Assembly: GCA_963664825.1 (NCBI GenBank)
Contig: OY761614.1
Span: 2,560,001-2,624,000 of the forward strand
Origin: an uncultured Holophaga sp.
Lineage (GTDB): Bacteria; Acidobacteriota; Holophagae; Holophagales; Holophagaceae
DNA length: 64,000 nt
Direction of reading: 5' to 3'
The notes under the pieces were generated by a model. That model did not search any database. It was not told the DNA's origin and saw only the letters and a list, made by a program, of their open reading frames with translations. The translations under genes and the position numbers were made by a program. The number at the start of each line of letters is the position of its first letter. Positions within the stretch are counted from its first letter, which is position 1. This document shows positions 48,672 to 57,655 of this stretch, in pieces.

Positions 48672-49361
48672 TCAGATCTGCGCTGTCAGCCAATCCGGTA
48701 GCAGGCCCAGGTGCTCGAGGGTGGCGAAGCGGCTGGCATCCACATCCTCCACATGCTCATGGGCCCAGGTGGTGGCATAGGGCACATGCACGGCACGAGC
48801 GCCCAACGTAATGACGGGCAGAATATCGGATTTCACGGAGTTGCCCACCATGAGGAATTCCCTCGGGGGGATATCGTGGCGGGTGAGGATGGCGTGGTAG
48901 GCGGCCTGGTCCTTCTCGCTCACGATTTCCACCGCCGAAAAGAAGGCATCCAGGCCCGAGCGGGTCAGCTTGGCCTCCTGGTCCAGGAGATCGCCCTTGG
49001 TGATGAGCATCAGGCTGTAGCGCTTCTGGAGTCGGGTTAGGGCTTCCTGGACCCGGGGTAGCAGTTCCACGGGATGATTCAGCATTTCCCTGCCGAGATC
49101 GACGATGGCCTGGATCTCCCGACCCGTGATCCGGCCCTCGGTGAGTTCGATGGCCGTCTCGATCATGGAGAGCACGAAGCTCTTGATGCCGTATCCGAAG
49201 TGGCCCAGGTTGCGCATCTCGGTGGCGAAGAGGCGTTCCTGGACCCAGGCCTCGTCGTGGTGGGCCACGAGCATATGGCGGAAGGCGGCTTCGGCGTCTC
49301 GATAATAGGTCTCGTTGTGCCAGAGCGTATCGTCGGCATCGAAGGCGATGACGCGGATCAT
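48672..49361 (-). CDS. HAD-family hydrolase
   Basis: FDADDTLWHNE, ITKGDLLDQ, MVGNSVKSDI. Confidence 0.9.
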   Translation of the reverse strand: MIRVIAFDADDTLWHNETYYRDAEAAFRHMLVAHHDEAWVQERLFATEMRNLGHFGYGIKSFVLSMIETAIELTEGRITGREIQAIVDLGREMLNHPVELLPRVQEALTRLQKRYSLMLITKGDLLDQEAKLTRSGLDAFFSAVEIVSEKDQAAYHAILTRHDIPPREFLMVGNSVKSDILPVITLGARAVHVPYATTWAHEHVEDVDASRFATLEHLGLLPDWLTAQI

Positions 49362-49441
49362 CCAGAATCTCCTCAGGATCCAGGATACACGCCACCTGCC
49401 GGTGGGCCAGCCGTGCGAGGATGGAGGGTGGAGGCAGGTTC

Positions 49442-50437
49442 GTGAAGCTCGCCATCAATGGCCTTGGCCGCATCGGTCGCTTGGCGCTGCGCCATCTGGT
49501 GAAGGTGCCCGGGCTCCAGATCGTGGCCGTGAATGATCTTTCGGAGGCCCGGGTCCTGGCCCACCTCATCAAGCATGATTCCGTGCATGGGCGGGCCGAT
49601 TTCGAGATCGGGACGGATGGCGAGGCCTTGATCCTTGGGGGCGCCCGCATTCCGGTCTTTCGCCAAGCCGATCCCGCCCTTCTGCCCTTCGGCCGCCTGG
49701 GGGCCAGGCTGGTGCTGGAATGCACGGGCCGCTTCACGGATCGGGCGGGGGCCTCGGCTCATCTGCGGGAGGGCGTGGAACGCGTGCTCGTCAGCGCGCC
49801 CATGGAAGATGCCGATCGCACGCTGGTGCTGGGCGTGAACGGCCAGGCCTTCGATGGGGAGAGGGACCGCATCGTCTCCGCGGCCAGCTGCACCACCCAT
49901 GGCCTGGCCATCATGGCGAAGGTGCTCGACGAGACCTTCGGTCTGGAATACGGCCTGCTGACCGCCGTGCATAGCTACACCAGCGACCAACACATCCTGG
50001 ACCTGCCCCACGAGGATCTGCGCCGGGCCCGGGCAGCCAGCATGAGCATGATCCCCACCACCACCGGCGCCCAGAAGACCATCGGCCTGGTGCTGCCCCA
50101 TCTGCTGGGCAGGCTCGATGGCATCGCCGTGCGGGTGCCCACCCCGGACGTGAGCCTCACGGACCTCACGGCCCTGCTCCGGCGGTCTGTCACGCGCGAC
50201 GAGGTGAACGAGGCCTTCCAGCGCGCCGCTGGGGGGGCCCTGAAGGGTTATCTGGAGGTGCTGGAAGACGAGCTGGTCAGCACGGATCTGGTGGGCAGCG
50301 AGGCCAGCTGCCTCTTCGATCCCTTCCTCACCAAGGTGATGGACGGCACCATGGTCAAGATCCACGGGTGGTACGACAACGAATGGGGCTACGCGGCCCG
50401 GATGAAGGACCTGGCGCTGCTGTTGTTGAGGGCCTGA
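49442..50437 (+). CDS. Divergent type I GAPDH / erythrose-4-phosphate dehydrogenase-like paralog
   Basis: [39 protein letters not shown] start after GGAGG. Confidence 0.88.
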   Translation: MKLAINGLGRIGRLALRHLVKVPGLQIVAVNDLSEARVLAHLIKHDSVHGRADFEIGTDGEALILGGARIPVFRQADPALLPFGRLGARLVLECTGRFTDRAGASAHLREGVERVLVSAPMEDADRTLVLGVNGQAFDGERDRIVSAASCTTHGLAIMAKVLDETFGLEYGLLTAVHSYTSDQHILDLPHEDLRRARAASMSMIPTTTGAQKTIGLVLPHLLGRLDGIAVRVPTPDVSLTDLTALLRRSVTRDEVNEAFQRAAGGALKGYLEVLEDELVSTDLVGSEASCLFDPFLTKVMDGTMVKIHGWYDNEWGYAARMKDLALLLLRA

Positions 50438-50535
50438 ACCCGGGCCCACTGCTCATGCGCCTCGCCCCGATGGGCATCCAGCTTCCGTCATGTTTGAATG
50501 AAGGCACCCGCTTGGCGGGTCCTGGGAGCGAACCC

Positions 50536-50973
50536 ATGCTGCGAAACCTTCTCTCCGTCCTCTGCCTGGCGGTGCCGCTGGTGGCCGCCGAACCCGTGTG
50601 GCATACGGATCTGGCCGAGGCCAAGGCCCTGGCGGCCCGGGAGCACAAGGCCCTCCTGCTGGATTTCACCGGCTCTCAATGGTGTCCCTACTGCGTGCTC
50701 CTCCATCGGGAGGTGTTCACCACGCCTGAATTCGCCCGCTTCGCCGAAGGGTGCGTGCTGGTCAAGCTGGACTACCCTCCCATGTCCGGGCGCAGCCCCG
50801 AGAAGATCAAGGCCGATCCCGCGCTGGGGCGGCTCATGGAACTCAAGGCCGCCTATCGGATCACCAGTTTTCCCACCGTGGTCCTGCTGGGGCCCGACGG
50901 CACCGAGAAGACCCGGATGCAGGGCTACGCCAAGGGGACGGGACCCTCGGCCTACCTGGGCCACCTGAAGTAG
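50536..50973 (+). CDS. Exported thioredoxin-family protein
   Basis: Signal peptide, DFTGSQWCPYC, FPT. Confidence 0.85.
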   Translation: MLRNLLSVLCLAVPLVAAEPVWHTDLAEAKALAAREHKALLLDFTGSQWCPYCVLLHREVFTTPEFARFAEGCVLVKLDYPPMSGRSPEKIKADPALGRLMELKAAYRITSFPTVVLLGPDGTEKTRMQGYAKGTGPSAYLGHLK

Positions 50974-50976
50974 GTC

Positions 50977-52089
50977 CTACCGGGTCCTGTTTACGGAACA
51001 GCGGAGCGGCCCCTTGCGGATGGAGGCGAAGCAGGCCAGGCACTGTCGACAGCGCCGGATCTCATCGTCGCGGCCCTCCAGCAGCTTGGTGGGGGTATCG
51101 GGGTCGGCGATGAGCTGGCGGGCCAGGGCCACGAGATCGGCCTGGCCGGCGTCCAGCACGCCCTGGGCCAGTCCAGGCTCCGCAAGCTTCCCCACGGCGA
51201 TGACCGGGATCTTGAGGGCCGCCTTGATCCGTCCGGTGGCAGGCGCCAGGGTGCCTCCGGGCACTTCCTTGGGCAGGACGGAGCTGGTGTTCAGGTAGGT
51301 GTGTCCCTCCCATTGGCTAAAGGAGGCTTGTCCTATTCCCGAAGCGTTCAGGAGATCGACGCCAGCGGCCTCCAGGCCCTGGGCGCAGAAGATGGCGTCC
51401 TCCGTCGAGAGGCCTCCCTCGAAGCGCTCCAGGGCGTGCATGCGGCAGGAGAGGATGAAGTCGGGCCCTACTTCAAAGCGCACGGCCTTCACCACTTCCA
51501 GGAGGAGCCGCAGGCGGTTCTCCCGGCTGCCTCCCCAGGGATCCGTGCGGTGATTGGTGAAGGGGGAGAGAAATTCGGAAAGGAGGTAGTAGTGGGCGGC
51601 GTGGACTTCCACGCCATCGAAGCCCGCGGCCTTGGCGCGTCGGGCGGCCTGGGCAAAGGCCCGTACCACGCCCTCCAGTTCCCCTTCGCTCATCGCCCAG
51701 GGAGGGGGGCCGGGCAGGAGGGGAACCTCGGAAGGCGCGAGACGCGGTGCAGAGGGATCCTCTCGCCAGGCTCTCGCCCCGCCATGGACGAGCTGGAGCA
51801 GGGCCGGCACCCCTTCGGCGTGGATGGCCTCCGCCAGCTTGGCCAGACCCGGGATCTGCCCGTCCTCCCAGATCCCCATGGTGTGGGGCATCAGCCGGGC
51901 CTCGGGCGCGATGGCGCAGGCCTCCACGATCACCAGACCCACGCCGCCCCGCGCGCGCCGGGCGTACCATTCCAGCAAACCCAGGCTGGGCGCGTCGTCC
52001 ACGGCCAGTCCCGTCACCATGGGGGCCATCACCAGGCGATTCTTCAAGGCGAGGTGCTTGATCTGGAGGGGGTCGGAAAGGCGGGGCAT
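50977..52089 (-). CDS. NADH:flavin oxidoreductase (Old Yellow Enzyme family) with C-terminal Fe-S motif
   Basis: LKNRLVMAPM, AGFDGVEVHAAHYYLLSEFLSPFTNHRTD, CRQCLAC...CSVN. Confidence 0.9.
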   Translation of the reverse strand: MPRLSDPLQIKHLALKNRLVMAPMVTGLAVDDAPSLGLLEWYARRARGGVGLVIVEACAIAPEARLMPHTMGIWEDGQIPGLAKLAEAIHAEGVPALLQLVHGGARAWREDPSAPRLAPSEVPLLPGPPPWAMSEGELEGVVRAFAQAARRAKAAGFDGVEVHAAHYYLLSEFLSPFTNHRTDPWGGSRENRLRLLLEVVKAVRFEVGPDFILSCRMHALERFEGGLSTEDAIFCAQGLEAAGVDLLNASGIGQASFSQWEGHTYLNTSSVLPKEVPGGTLAPATGRIKAALKIPVIAVGKLAEPGLAQGVLDAGQADLVALARQLIADPDTPTKLLEGRDDEIRRCRQCLACFASIRKGPLRCSVNRTR

Positions 52090-52171
52090 GGGGATCTCCT
52101 GTCTTTGAAGGTAGCGCAGGCGTGTGTCCCTGGGAGCGCTGGCGCGATAGGGTAGAAGGGGAGGTTCCTGG

Positions 52172-53179
52172 ATGGTCGGTATCAATGGTCTGGGGCGCAT
52201 CGGGCGGCTGGCGGCGCGCAGGCTGGTGTTCCAATCGCCGGGGCTGCTCCGGGCCATCAATGATCCCGCGGATCTGGCCACGCTGGTGCATCTCTCCCGC
52301 TACGATTCGGTGCATAGCCTCAGGCATCTGGAGGTGGTGGGGGAAAGGCTGGATGGCCAGGATTTCATGGTGATCGAAGGCCAGCGCATCCCGCTCTTCC
52401 ACGCCAAGGACCCTGCGGAGATCCCCTGGGGAAGGGCCGGCGTGCGCCTCGTGGTGGAATCCTCGGGCCGCTTCACCAAGCGCAGCGAGGCCGCCCGGCA
52501 TCTGGGGGAAGGCGTGGCCCAGGTGGTCATCAGCGCCCCCAGCCCAGACCCCGATTTCACGGTGATCTTCCCCATCAATGGGGCGGAGCTGGATCCGGCG
52601 CGGCACCGGGTCATCTCCAACGCCAGCTGCACGGCCCACGCCACGGCGCCCATGCTCTTCGTCTTGGAACGGGCCTTCGGCATCCAGGCCAGCACCATGA
52701 GCACGGTGCATGTGGCCACCAACGACCAGCGGCTGGTGGACGCGCCCCACAGTGACTTGCGCCGGGCCAGGGCCGCCATGATCGGCATCCATCCCACCAC
52801 CTCCAGTGCCTTCGGCGCCCTCAAAAAAGCCCTTCCCTGGATGCGTTCCGATTTCGACGGCTGGGCCCTGCGGGTGCCGGCTCTCAGCGTGAACCTCGTC
52901 GATCTCACGGCCACGGTGAAGCAGCCCGTGACCGCAGAGGCCATCAATGGCGCCTTCCGGGAGGCCGCCGAGGGCGACCTGAAGGGCATCCTCGGCATCG
53001 CCGAAGCCCCCCTGGTGAGCTGTGATTTCACCGGGCGGGAAGAGAGCGTGGTCATGGATCTGGAACTGACCAAGGTGTTGGGGGGGCGCTTCCTCAAGGT
53101 CTTCGGGTGGCACGACAACGAGATCGCCTACGCGGCCCGGCTGGTGGAGCTGGTGCGGCATCTGGCGCTGCGGGCCTGA
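52172..53179 (+). CDS. Second divergent type I GAPDH-like paralog
   Basis: GINGLGRIGR, SNASCTAHAT, DLRRARAA, WHDNE. Confidence 0.85.
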   Translation: MVGINGLGRIGRLAARRLVFQSPGLLRAINDPADLATLVHLSRYDSVHSLRHLEVVGERLDGQDFMVIEGQRIPLFHAKDPAEIPWGRAGVRLVVESSGRFTKRSEAARHLGEGVAQVVISAPSPDPDFTVIFPINGAELDPARHRVISNASCTAHATAPMLFVLERAFGIQASTMSTVHVATNDQRLVDAPHSDLRRARAAMIGIHPTTSSAFGALKKALPWMRSDFDGWALRVPALSVNLVDLTATVKQPVTAEAINGAFREAAEGDLKGILGIAEAPLVSCDFTGREESVVMDLELTKVLGGRFLKVFGWHDNEIAYAARLVELVRHLALRA

Positions 53180-53188
53180 TATCAGGGT

Positions 53189-53306
53189 GCGTTCGAAGAT
53201 AGCGATCTGCGAAGCAGAGCGCGTCAAGCGCAGCAGCGCAGACCGGCCTGCCCCCGAAGGGGGTGCGACGAGGGCCGAGGTTGCGATGCGGAGCGACTTC
53301 GAACGC
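53189..53306. mobile_element. MITE/REP-like element with 10-bp terminal inverted repeats
   Basis: gcgttcgaag (53189-53198) ... cttcgaacgc (53297-53306); internal cccc-gaa-gggg hairpin; lies between convergent genes. Confidence 0.5.
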
Positions 53307-53377
53307 CCGACTACATTCTAAATTATTGAATGCGAATCGGTATGAACCGTCGCCGGGCCAGCCTGATCGTTAGGACC

Positions 53378-54643
53378 CTATTTGGCGCTGGTCTCCCGCA
53401 GCCTGCGCGCCATCTCCACGAGCATGCCCCGCAGCAGATCGGGAAACTCGCGCATGAGGGTATCGATATTGCCCTCGTGGATGACCAGGCACTCGCAGTC
53501 CTCCAGGGCGATGGCCGTGGCGGAGCGGGGCAGGCCCAGCAGGAAGGACATCTCGCCGAAGAAGGCGCCGGGCCCGATCACCGCCAGCTCCTGGTCGCCC
53601 TTGCTCAGGCTCACCGATCCCTTCAGCACGTGATACATCTCGCCGCTCAGGTCCCCTTCGTCAAAGAAGACACCCCTGACGGGCACCTGGGCCATGAGGT
53701 GCTTGCGCCGCAGGAGGGGCAGGCCGCCCTGGCCCTTCATCATGCGCCGGATGAAGAGCGTCTCCTGATGATGGAGGGCCGCCACTACTTCGGCGCCGAA
53801 GAGAAAGACCGCTTGCGAATAGTAGATCCAGATGACGACCACGAAGAGCGACTTGAAGGACCCAAAGGCTAGGCCATAGCCTGGGTTGTAGGTGAGGAAT
53901 AGATTGAAGGCCGGGCGCAGCAGGAACCACAGAAACGCGGTGGTGAGGGCGCCTGCGAGGAGGTTCCGCAGCTTGGTCCTGGGGGCAAAGACCCCGTACA
54001 TCAGCAGGAGCAGCAGGACGGTGGTGGCGAAGGGCACGGTGAACCCGAGGGCGACCGGGGGCGTCAGATCGATCTCCAGGATCTTCAGGTAGCGGAAGAA
54101 GAGGCCCATGCCCGCCACCGCGGTGATCCCGGTGATGAAGACCACGGCCATGAGGAGATCCAGGGCCTTGGTGGTCCAGAAGGGGCGGCGGGGTGTGATG
54201 CGGAAGATGGCGTTGAGGACGGCCCGCGTATTGGCGACCAGGGGCGTCATGACCCAGAGGAGGGCCAGGACATTGAGGAGCCCGGCGCTCCGGGTGTGCT
54301 GGGTGATGTGGACCACCTCCCGCAGGATCACGTCCCCGAACTGGGGGAGGATATCGCCCACGAATTCGGTCACCTTCTGCATGGCGACCCGGCTCGAACC
54401 GATGCCCATGCCCAAGAGGTAGGTCAGCAGCAGCATGGCGGGGATGAGGGCCAGCATGGCCGCGAAGGCGAGCGAAGAAGCCTGGCGCAGATCATCATTC
54501 CGCCGGAACCCGCTGATGGCTTCCAGGAGCACGATCCAGGCGTGCCGGGCTCCATCCTGGAGCCGCTCCGGCCAGGGCCCGGGCTTTCGCATCAGGATGG
54601 GATCAGCCACGGTAGGCCCGCGGGAAGGATCGGTTTGGCGCAT
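53378..54643 (-). CDS. YihY/BrkB-family membrane protein fused to a cyclic-nucleotide-binding domain
   Basis: ASSLAFAAMLALIP, YGLAFGSF...WIYYS...LFGAEV; C-terminal FDEGD...GAFFGEMSFLLGLPRSATAIA. Confidence 0.85.
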   Translation of the reverse strand: MRQTDPSRGPTVADPILMRKPGPWPERLQDGARHAWIVLLEAISGFRRNDDLRQASSLAFAAMLALIPAMLLLTYLLGMGIGSSRVAMQKVTEFVGDILPQFGDVILREVVHITQHTRSAGLLNVLALLWVMTPLVANTRAVLNAIFRITPRRPFWTTKALDLLMAVVFITGITAVAGMGLFFRYLKILEIDLTPPVALGFTVPFATTVLLLLLMYGVFAPRTKLRNLLAGALTTAFLWFLLRPAFNLFLTYNPGYGLAFGSFKSLFVVVIWIYYSQAVFLFGAEVVAALHHQETLFIRRMMKGQGGLPLLRRKHLMAQVPVRGVFFDEGDLSGEMYHVLKGSVSLSKGDQELAVIGPGAFFGEMSFLLGLPRSATAIALEDCECLVIHEGNIDTLMREFPDLLRGMLVEMARRLRETSAK

Positions 54644-54652
54644 CCTTCCATC

Positions 54653-56452
54653 TTACGAAGGAGTAGCACCTTCCAGCACCTCCACCTCTTCAAGCCTGGC
54701 CCCCAGCTCCAGGTCGTCCAGGAGCCTCAGGCCCTGGTCCAGGTCTTCCACCTCGCCCACCCGGGTGTAGCGGCCCGTGAGATGGGGCGCGGCGTTGGTG
54801 GTGATGAAGAACTGGCTTCCGCCGGTGTCCTTCCCCGAGAGCGCCATGCCCACGCTGCCGGGGCCGTACCAGTCCAGGCTATTCTCGCAGCGCACGGTGT
54901 ATCCAGGCCCCCCGTCCATGGTGTCGCAGGGAGAGCCCATCTGCACCACGAAGTCTGGCACCACCCGCGGCACCAGGCGGCCGTTGAAGAAGCCCTTGCG
55001 GGCCAGCAGCACGAGGTTGGCCACGTTCATGGGCGCGTTGAGGGGATCGAGCCTTAGGGTGATCCGGCGCTTGCCACTGAAGGTGAGGCGCAGGCGCACG
55101 GGCCTGCCTGCCGTGGCAAGGACCTCGGCTTCCTTCAGGATCGCCTCGTCCGTGGCGCTGGGCCTGGGCGCCTTGGGCCAGGGGGCCTTGGGATCCAGCT
55201 TGGAGAGTTCGCGCCAGGCGTCCAGCCGCGCCGTCCAGCAGGGGTGATCGTAGAAGCGCGCCAGGATGGCCCGGCGGCGCGCTTCGGTGAGCTTCCACTT
55301 CTCCAGGGAGGGGAGCAGCACCTGGACGCCATCGTATTCCTCGGTTTTCCAAAGGCGCGCTTGAAGCGCCTCCAGATCGGCGGGGGCCTCCGTCATATCG
55401 TCGATGGCCGCGGCGCGGGCGATGGGATCGGAGCCGAGAAGAAGGCGTTGTCTGAGCCCGTCAGCTTCTCGTTCATCGTGCTTGCGCAGCGCAGGTAGGA
55501 CGTGCGCGAAAAGGGCAGGAGACGTCACCCTGTTCTCTTCCATTAAGATGGCAATGCCTTCTCCCGCCTCCGAGTCGTACGGGATGCGTGCGCAGAAGTC
55601 GAACAACGCGGTGAGCACGAGGGGGTTTCCCCAAAGGGTCTTTGACCGTTTGTTCTCCCCTGGTTTATCACCCGGAATTGATTTGTCATCTGGCAAACCG
55701 TCGAGCAACCGTTGCAGAACGCCTGGTGATGCCGCCCTCAGGACGTCTAGGGTTGGGTGCTTCACGCCGATGGCCGCCCACAGCGAATTGTGGTGCTGGA
55801 AGCTCCAGATGGCATCTCCCTGGACAGTCTTCCGCATCTCCCACGGCGCCTTGTTCCACGCATCCATCATTGCCAGCACGCTTCCCGCCGTGGCCTTCAC
55901 AGGCGGCAACAGTTCCTTCTCTTTCCCTCCCATCACAAGCCGCAGTTGAGCGGCTTGTGCCCTCACGGGGTCGATCTTCCCGGCCTTTTGCAGCGCGTCC
56001 AGGAATCCCTGGAGCCCGGGGCCCACCTCGCCTCCGTTCAGCCGCGCCGTGGCGATCTGGGCTTCCAGATGCAGGTGCCCGGGCCAGCTCTCCGCGTCCT
56101 TCGCCCCCAATCCCTCCAGTGTAAAAAGCGCCTTGGCGCTTTTTAACCGGTTCAGGAAGAAGAGGGCCGTGAAGCGCGCCTGGGGCGTCTGGGCGACCCT
56201 GGCCCTGGCTTCCCAGGTTTCGGGGGTGGGCTTGTCCAGTTCCGGGGGCAGGAGGCCAGGCGCTCCGGGGGCGCCGATGCGCTGGAGCGTGAGTTCCAGG
56301 CGGGCCCGATCCCCAGGGGAAAGCCGGGCCTTCTCGGTTTCGCTCCAGGTCGGCGCCTGGCGCTTCCACTGGGCGCGAATGGCATCCTGCACGGTGAAGG
56401 CAGGGGGAGCCGCCAGCAGGGGGAGGCCGAGCAGGGCGAAGGCGAGGCGCAT
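54653..56452 (-). CDS. Exported peptidyl-prolyl isomerase (C-terminal cyclophilin domain after helical repeats)
   Basis: APMNVANL...GFFNG...RVVPDFVVQMG...GGPGYTVRCE...VGMALSGKDTGGSQFFI. Confidence 0.85.
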   Translation of the reverse strand: MRLAFALLGLPLLAAPPAFTVQDAIRAQWKRQAPTWSETEKARLSPGDRARLELTLQRIGAPGAPGLLPPELDKPTPETWEARARVAQTPQARFTALFFLNRLKSAKALFTLEGLGAKDAESWPGHLHLEAQIATARLNGGEVGPGLQGFLDALQKAGKIDPVRAQAAQLRLVMGGKEKELLPPVKATAGSVLAMMDAWNKAPWEMRKTVQGDAIWSFQHHNSLWAAIGVKHPTLDVLRAASPGVLQRLLDGLPDDKSIPGDKPGENKRSKTLWGNPLVLTALFDFCARIPYDSEAGEGIAILMEENRVTSPALFAHVLPALRKHDEREADGLRQRLLLGSDPIARAAAIDDMTEAPADLEALQARLWKTEEYDGVQVLLPSLEKWKLTEARRRAILARFYDHPCWTARLDAWRELSKLDPKAPWPKAPRPSATDEAILKEAEVLATAGRPVRLRLTFSGKRRITLRLDPLNAPMNVANLVLLARKGFFNGRLVPRVVPDFVVQMGSPCDTMDGGPGYTVRCENSLDWYGPGSVGMALSGKDTGGSQFFITTNAAPHLTGRYTRVGEVEDLDQGLRLLDDLELGARLEEVEVLEGATPS

Positions 56453-56586
56453 GGGTTCTCCAGGGGCTTCCACCATGGTATGCCGCCTCGCCTGAAACGG
56501 AGGAACGCTGCGCTCCCCCATTGGGCCTGCGGCCCTGGGCGCGTGCCATACTTGGGATCCGCGTTCCCTTTTGCGGAAAAGCCAAT

Positions 56587-57570
56587 ATGCCCAAGACCCC
56601 CCACCCGACCCTTCGCCATGCCATCGAATACACGGCCTTTCGCATCGCCGAGGGGCTGATCCGCCTGCTGCCCTGGCGGGTGGCCCTGGCGCTGGGATCG
56701 ACCGTGGGGCGCTTCTACTACCTGTTGGATAGTCGGCACCGCCGCGTGGTTCGGGACAATCTCCGGGCTTCCGATCTGGGCCTTCGTGAAGCGGATGTTC
56801 GGCGTGTGGCGCGGGCCTGCTTCGCTCATTTCGGGTCCCTGCTCTTTGGCACCGTGAGGATGCTCCACATGCCGAAGGACCGCCTCCGGAACCTCGTGGA
56901 CTTCGAGGGCCTGGAGCACTTCGATGCCGCGAGGGCGGAGGGGAAGGGCGTCATCGGCCTCACGGGTCATTTCGGCAACTGGGAACTGATGGCCCTGGCC
57001 CTCAGCCTGGAGGGCCGCACCCTCGCCGTCATCGGCCGCGAGCTGGATAATCCGCTGCTGGAGCCCTACCTGAGCGGGCTGAGGGGGCGCTTCGGCAATA
57101 CGGTCATTCCCAAGGCCGGCGCCATGCGCGGCACCCTCAAAGTGCTGCGCATGGGCAAGGCCGTGGGCTTCCTGCTGGACCAGGACGCCCTTGGGAATGG
57201 CGTATTCACACGCTTCCACGGCAGGTGGGCCTCCACCCATCCCACTGCGGGCCTGCTGGCGGTGAAGTACGCGCTGCCCATCGTGCCCATCTTCAACCGC
57301 ATCCATGCCGATGGCAGGCTCACCGTCGTGATTCATCCGCCCTTCCATGTGCCTTCCAGCGGTGACCCGGAGCGGGATACCTGGATCGCCACCCAGATGA
57401 TGACCCGCTGCATCGAAGCCGAAGGGCACCGAGACCCCGCCCGCTGGTTCTGGATGCATCGGCGCTTCAAGACACAGCCCGCGGCGGAACAGCTTCCTCC
57501 TGCCGAGTGGCAGGCGGCGGCCGAGGCGATGTGGGAGAGCTATTTGCGCCAAGGGAGCCTCTCGTTATGA
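56587..57570 (+). CDS. Lipid A lauroyl/myristoyl acyltransferase family (LpxL/HtrB-like)
   Basis: GHFGNWE, LDNP, LLDQD, WFWMHRRFKT. Confidence 0.9.
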   Translation: MPKTPHPTLRHAIEYTAFRIAEGLIRLLPWRVALALGSTVGRFYYLLDSRHRRVVRDNLRASDLGLREADVRRVARACFAHFGSLLFGTVRMLHMPKDRLRNLVDFEGLEHFDAARAEGKGVIGLTGHFGNWELMALALSLEGRTLAVIGRELDNPLLEPYLSGLRGRFGNTVIPKAGAMRGTLKVLRMGKAVGFLLDQDALGNGVFTRFHGRWASTHPTAGLLAVKYALPIVPIFNRIHADGRLTVVIHPPFHVPSSGDPERDTWIATQMMTRCIEAEGHRDPARWFWMHRRFKTQPAAEQLPPAEWQAAAEAMWESYLRQGSLSL

Positions 57571-57655
57571 CGCCTGGGGCCCCCGACCGCAAGGCCCTTC
57601 GGGCCGGTCCTCAATGTTTTTGGGGACTCGCGCTCACCGAACCGAAACGGGCGGC

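Noticed and set aside
49442..53179. ArsJ-associated arsenate-resistance GAPDH
   Set aside because: No arsJ-like MFS, arsC or arsR genes adjacent
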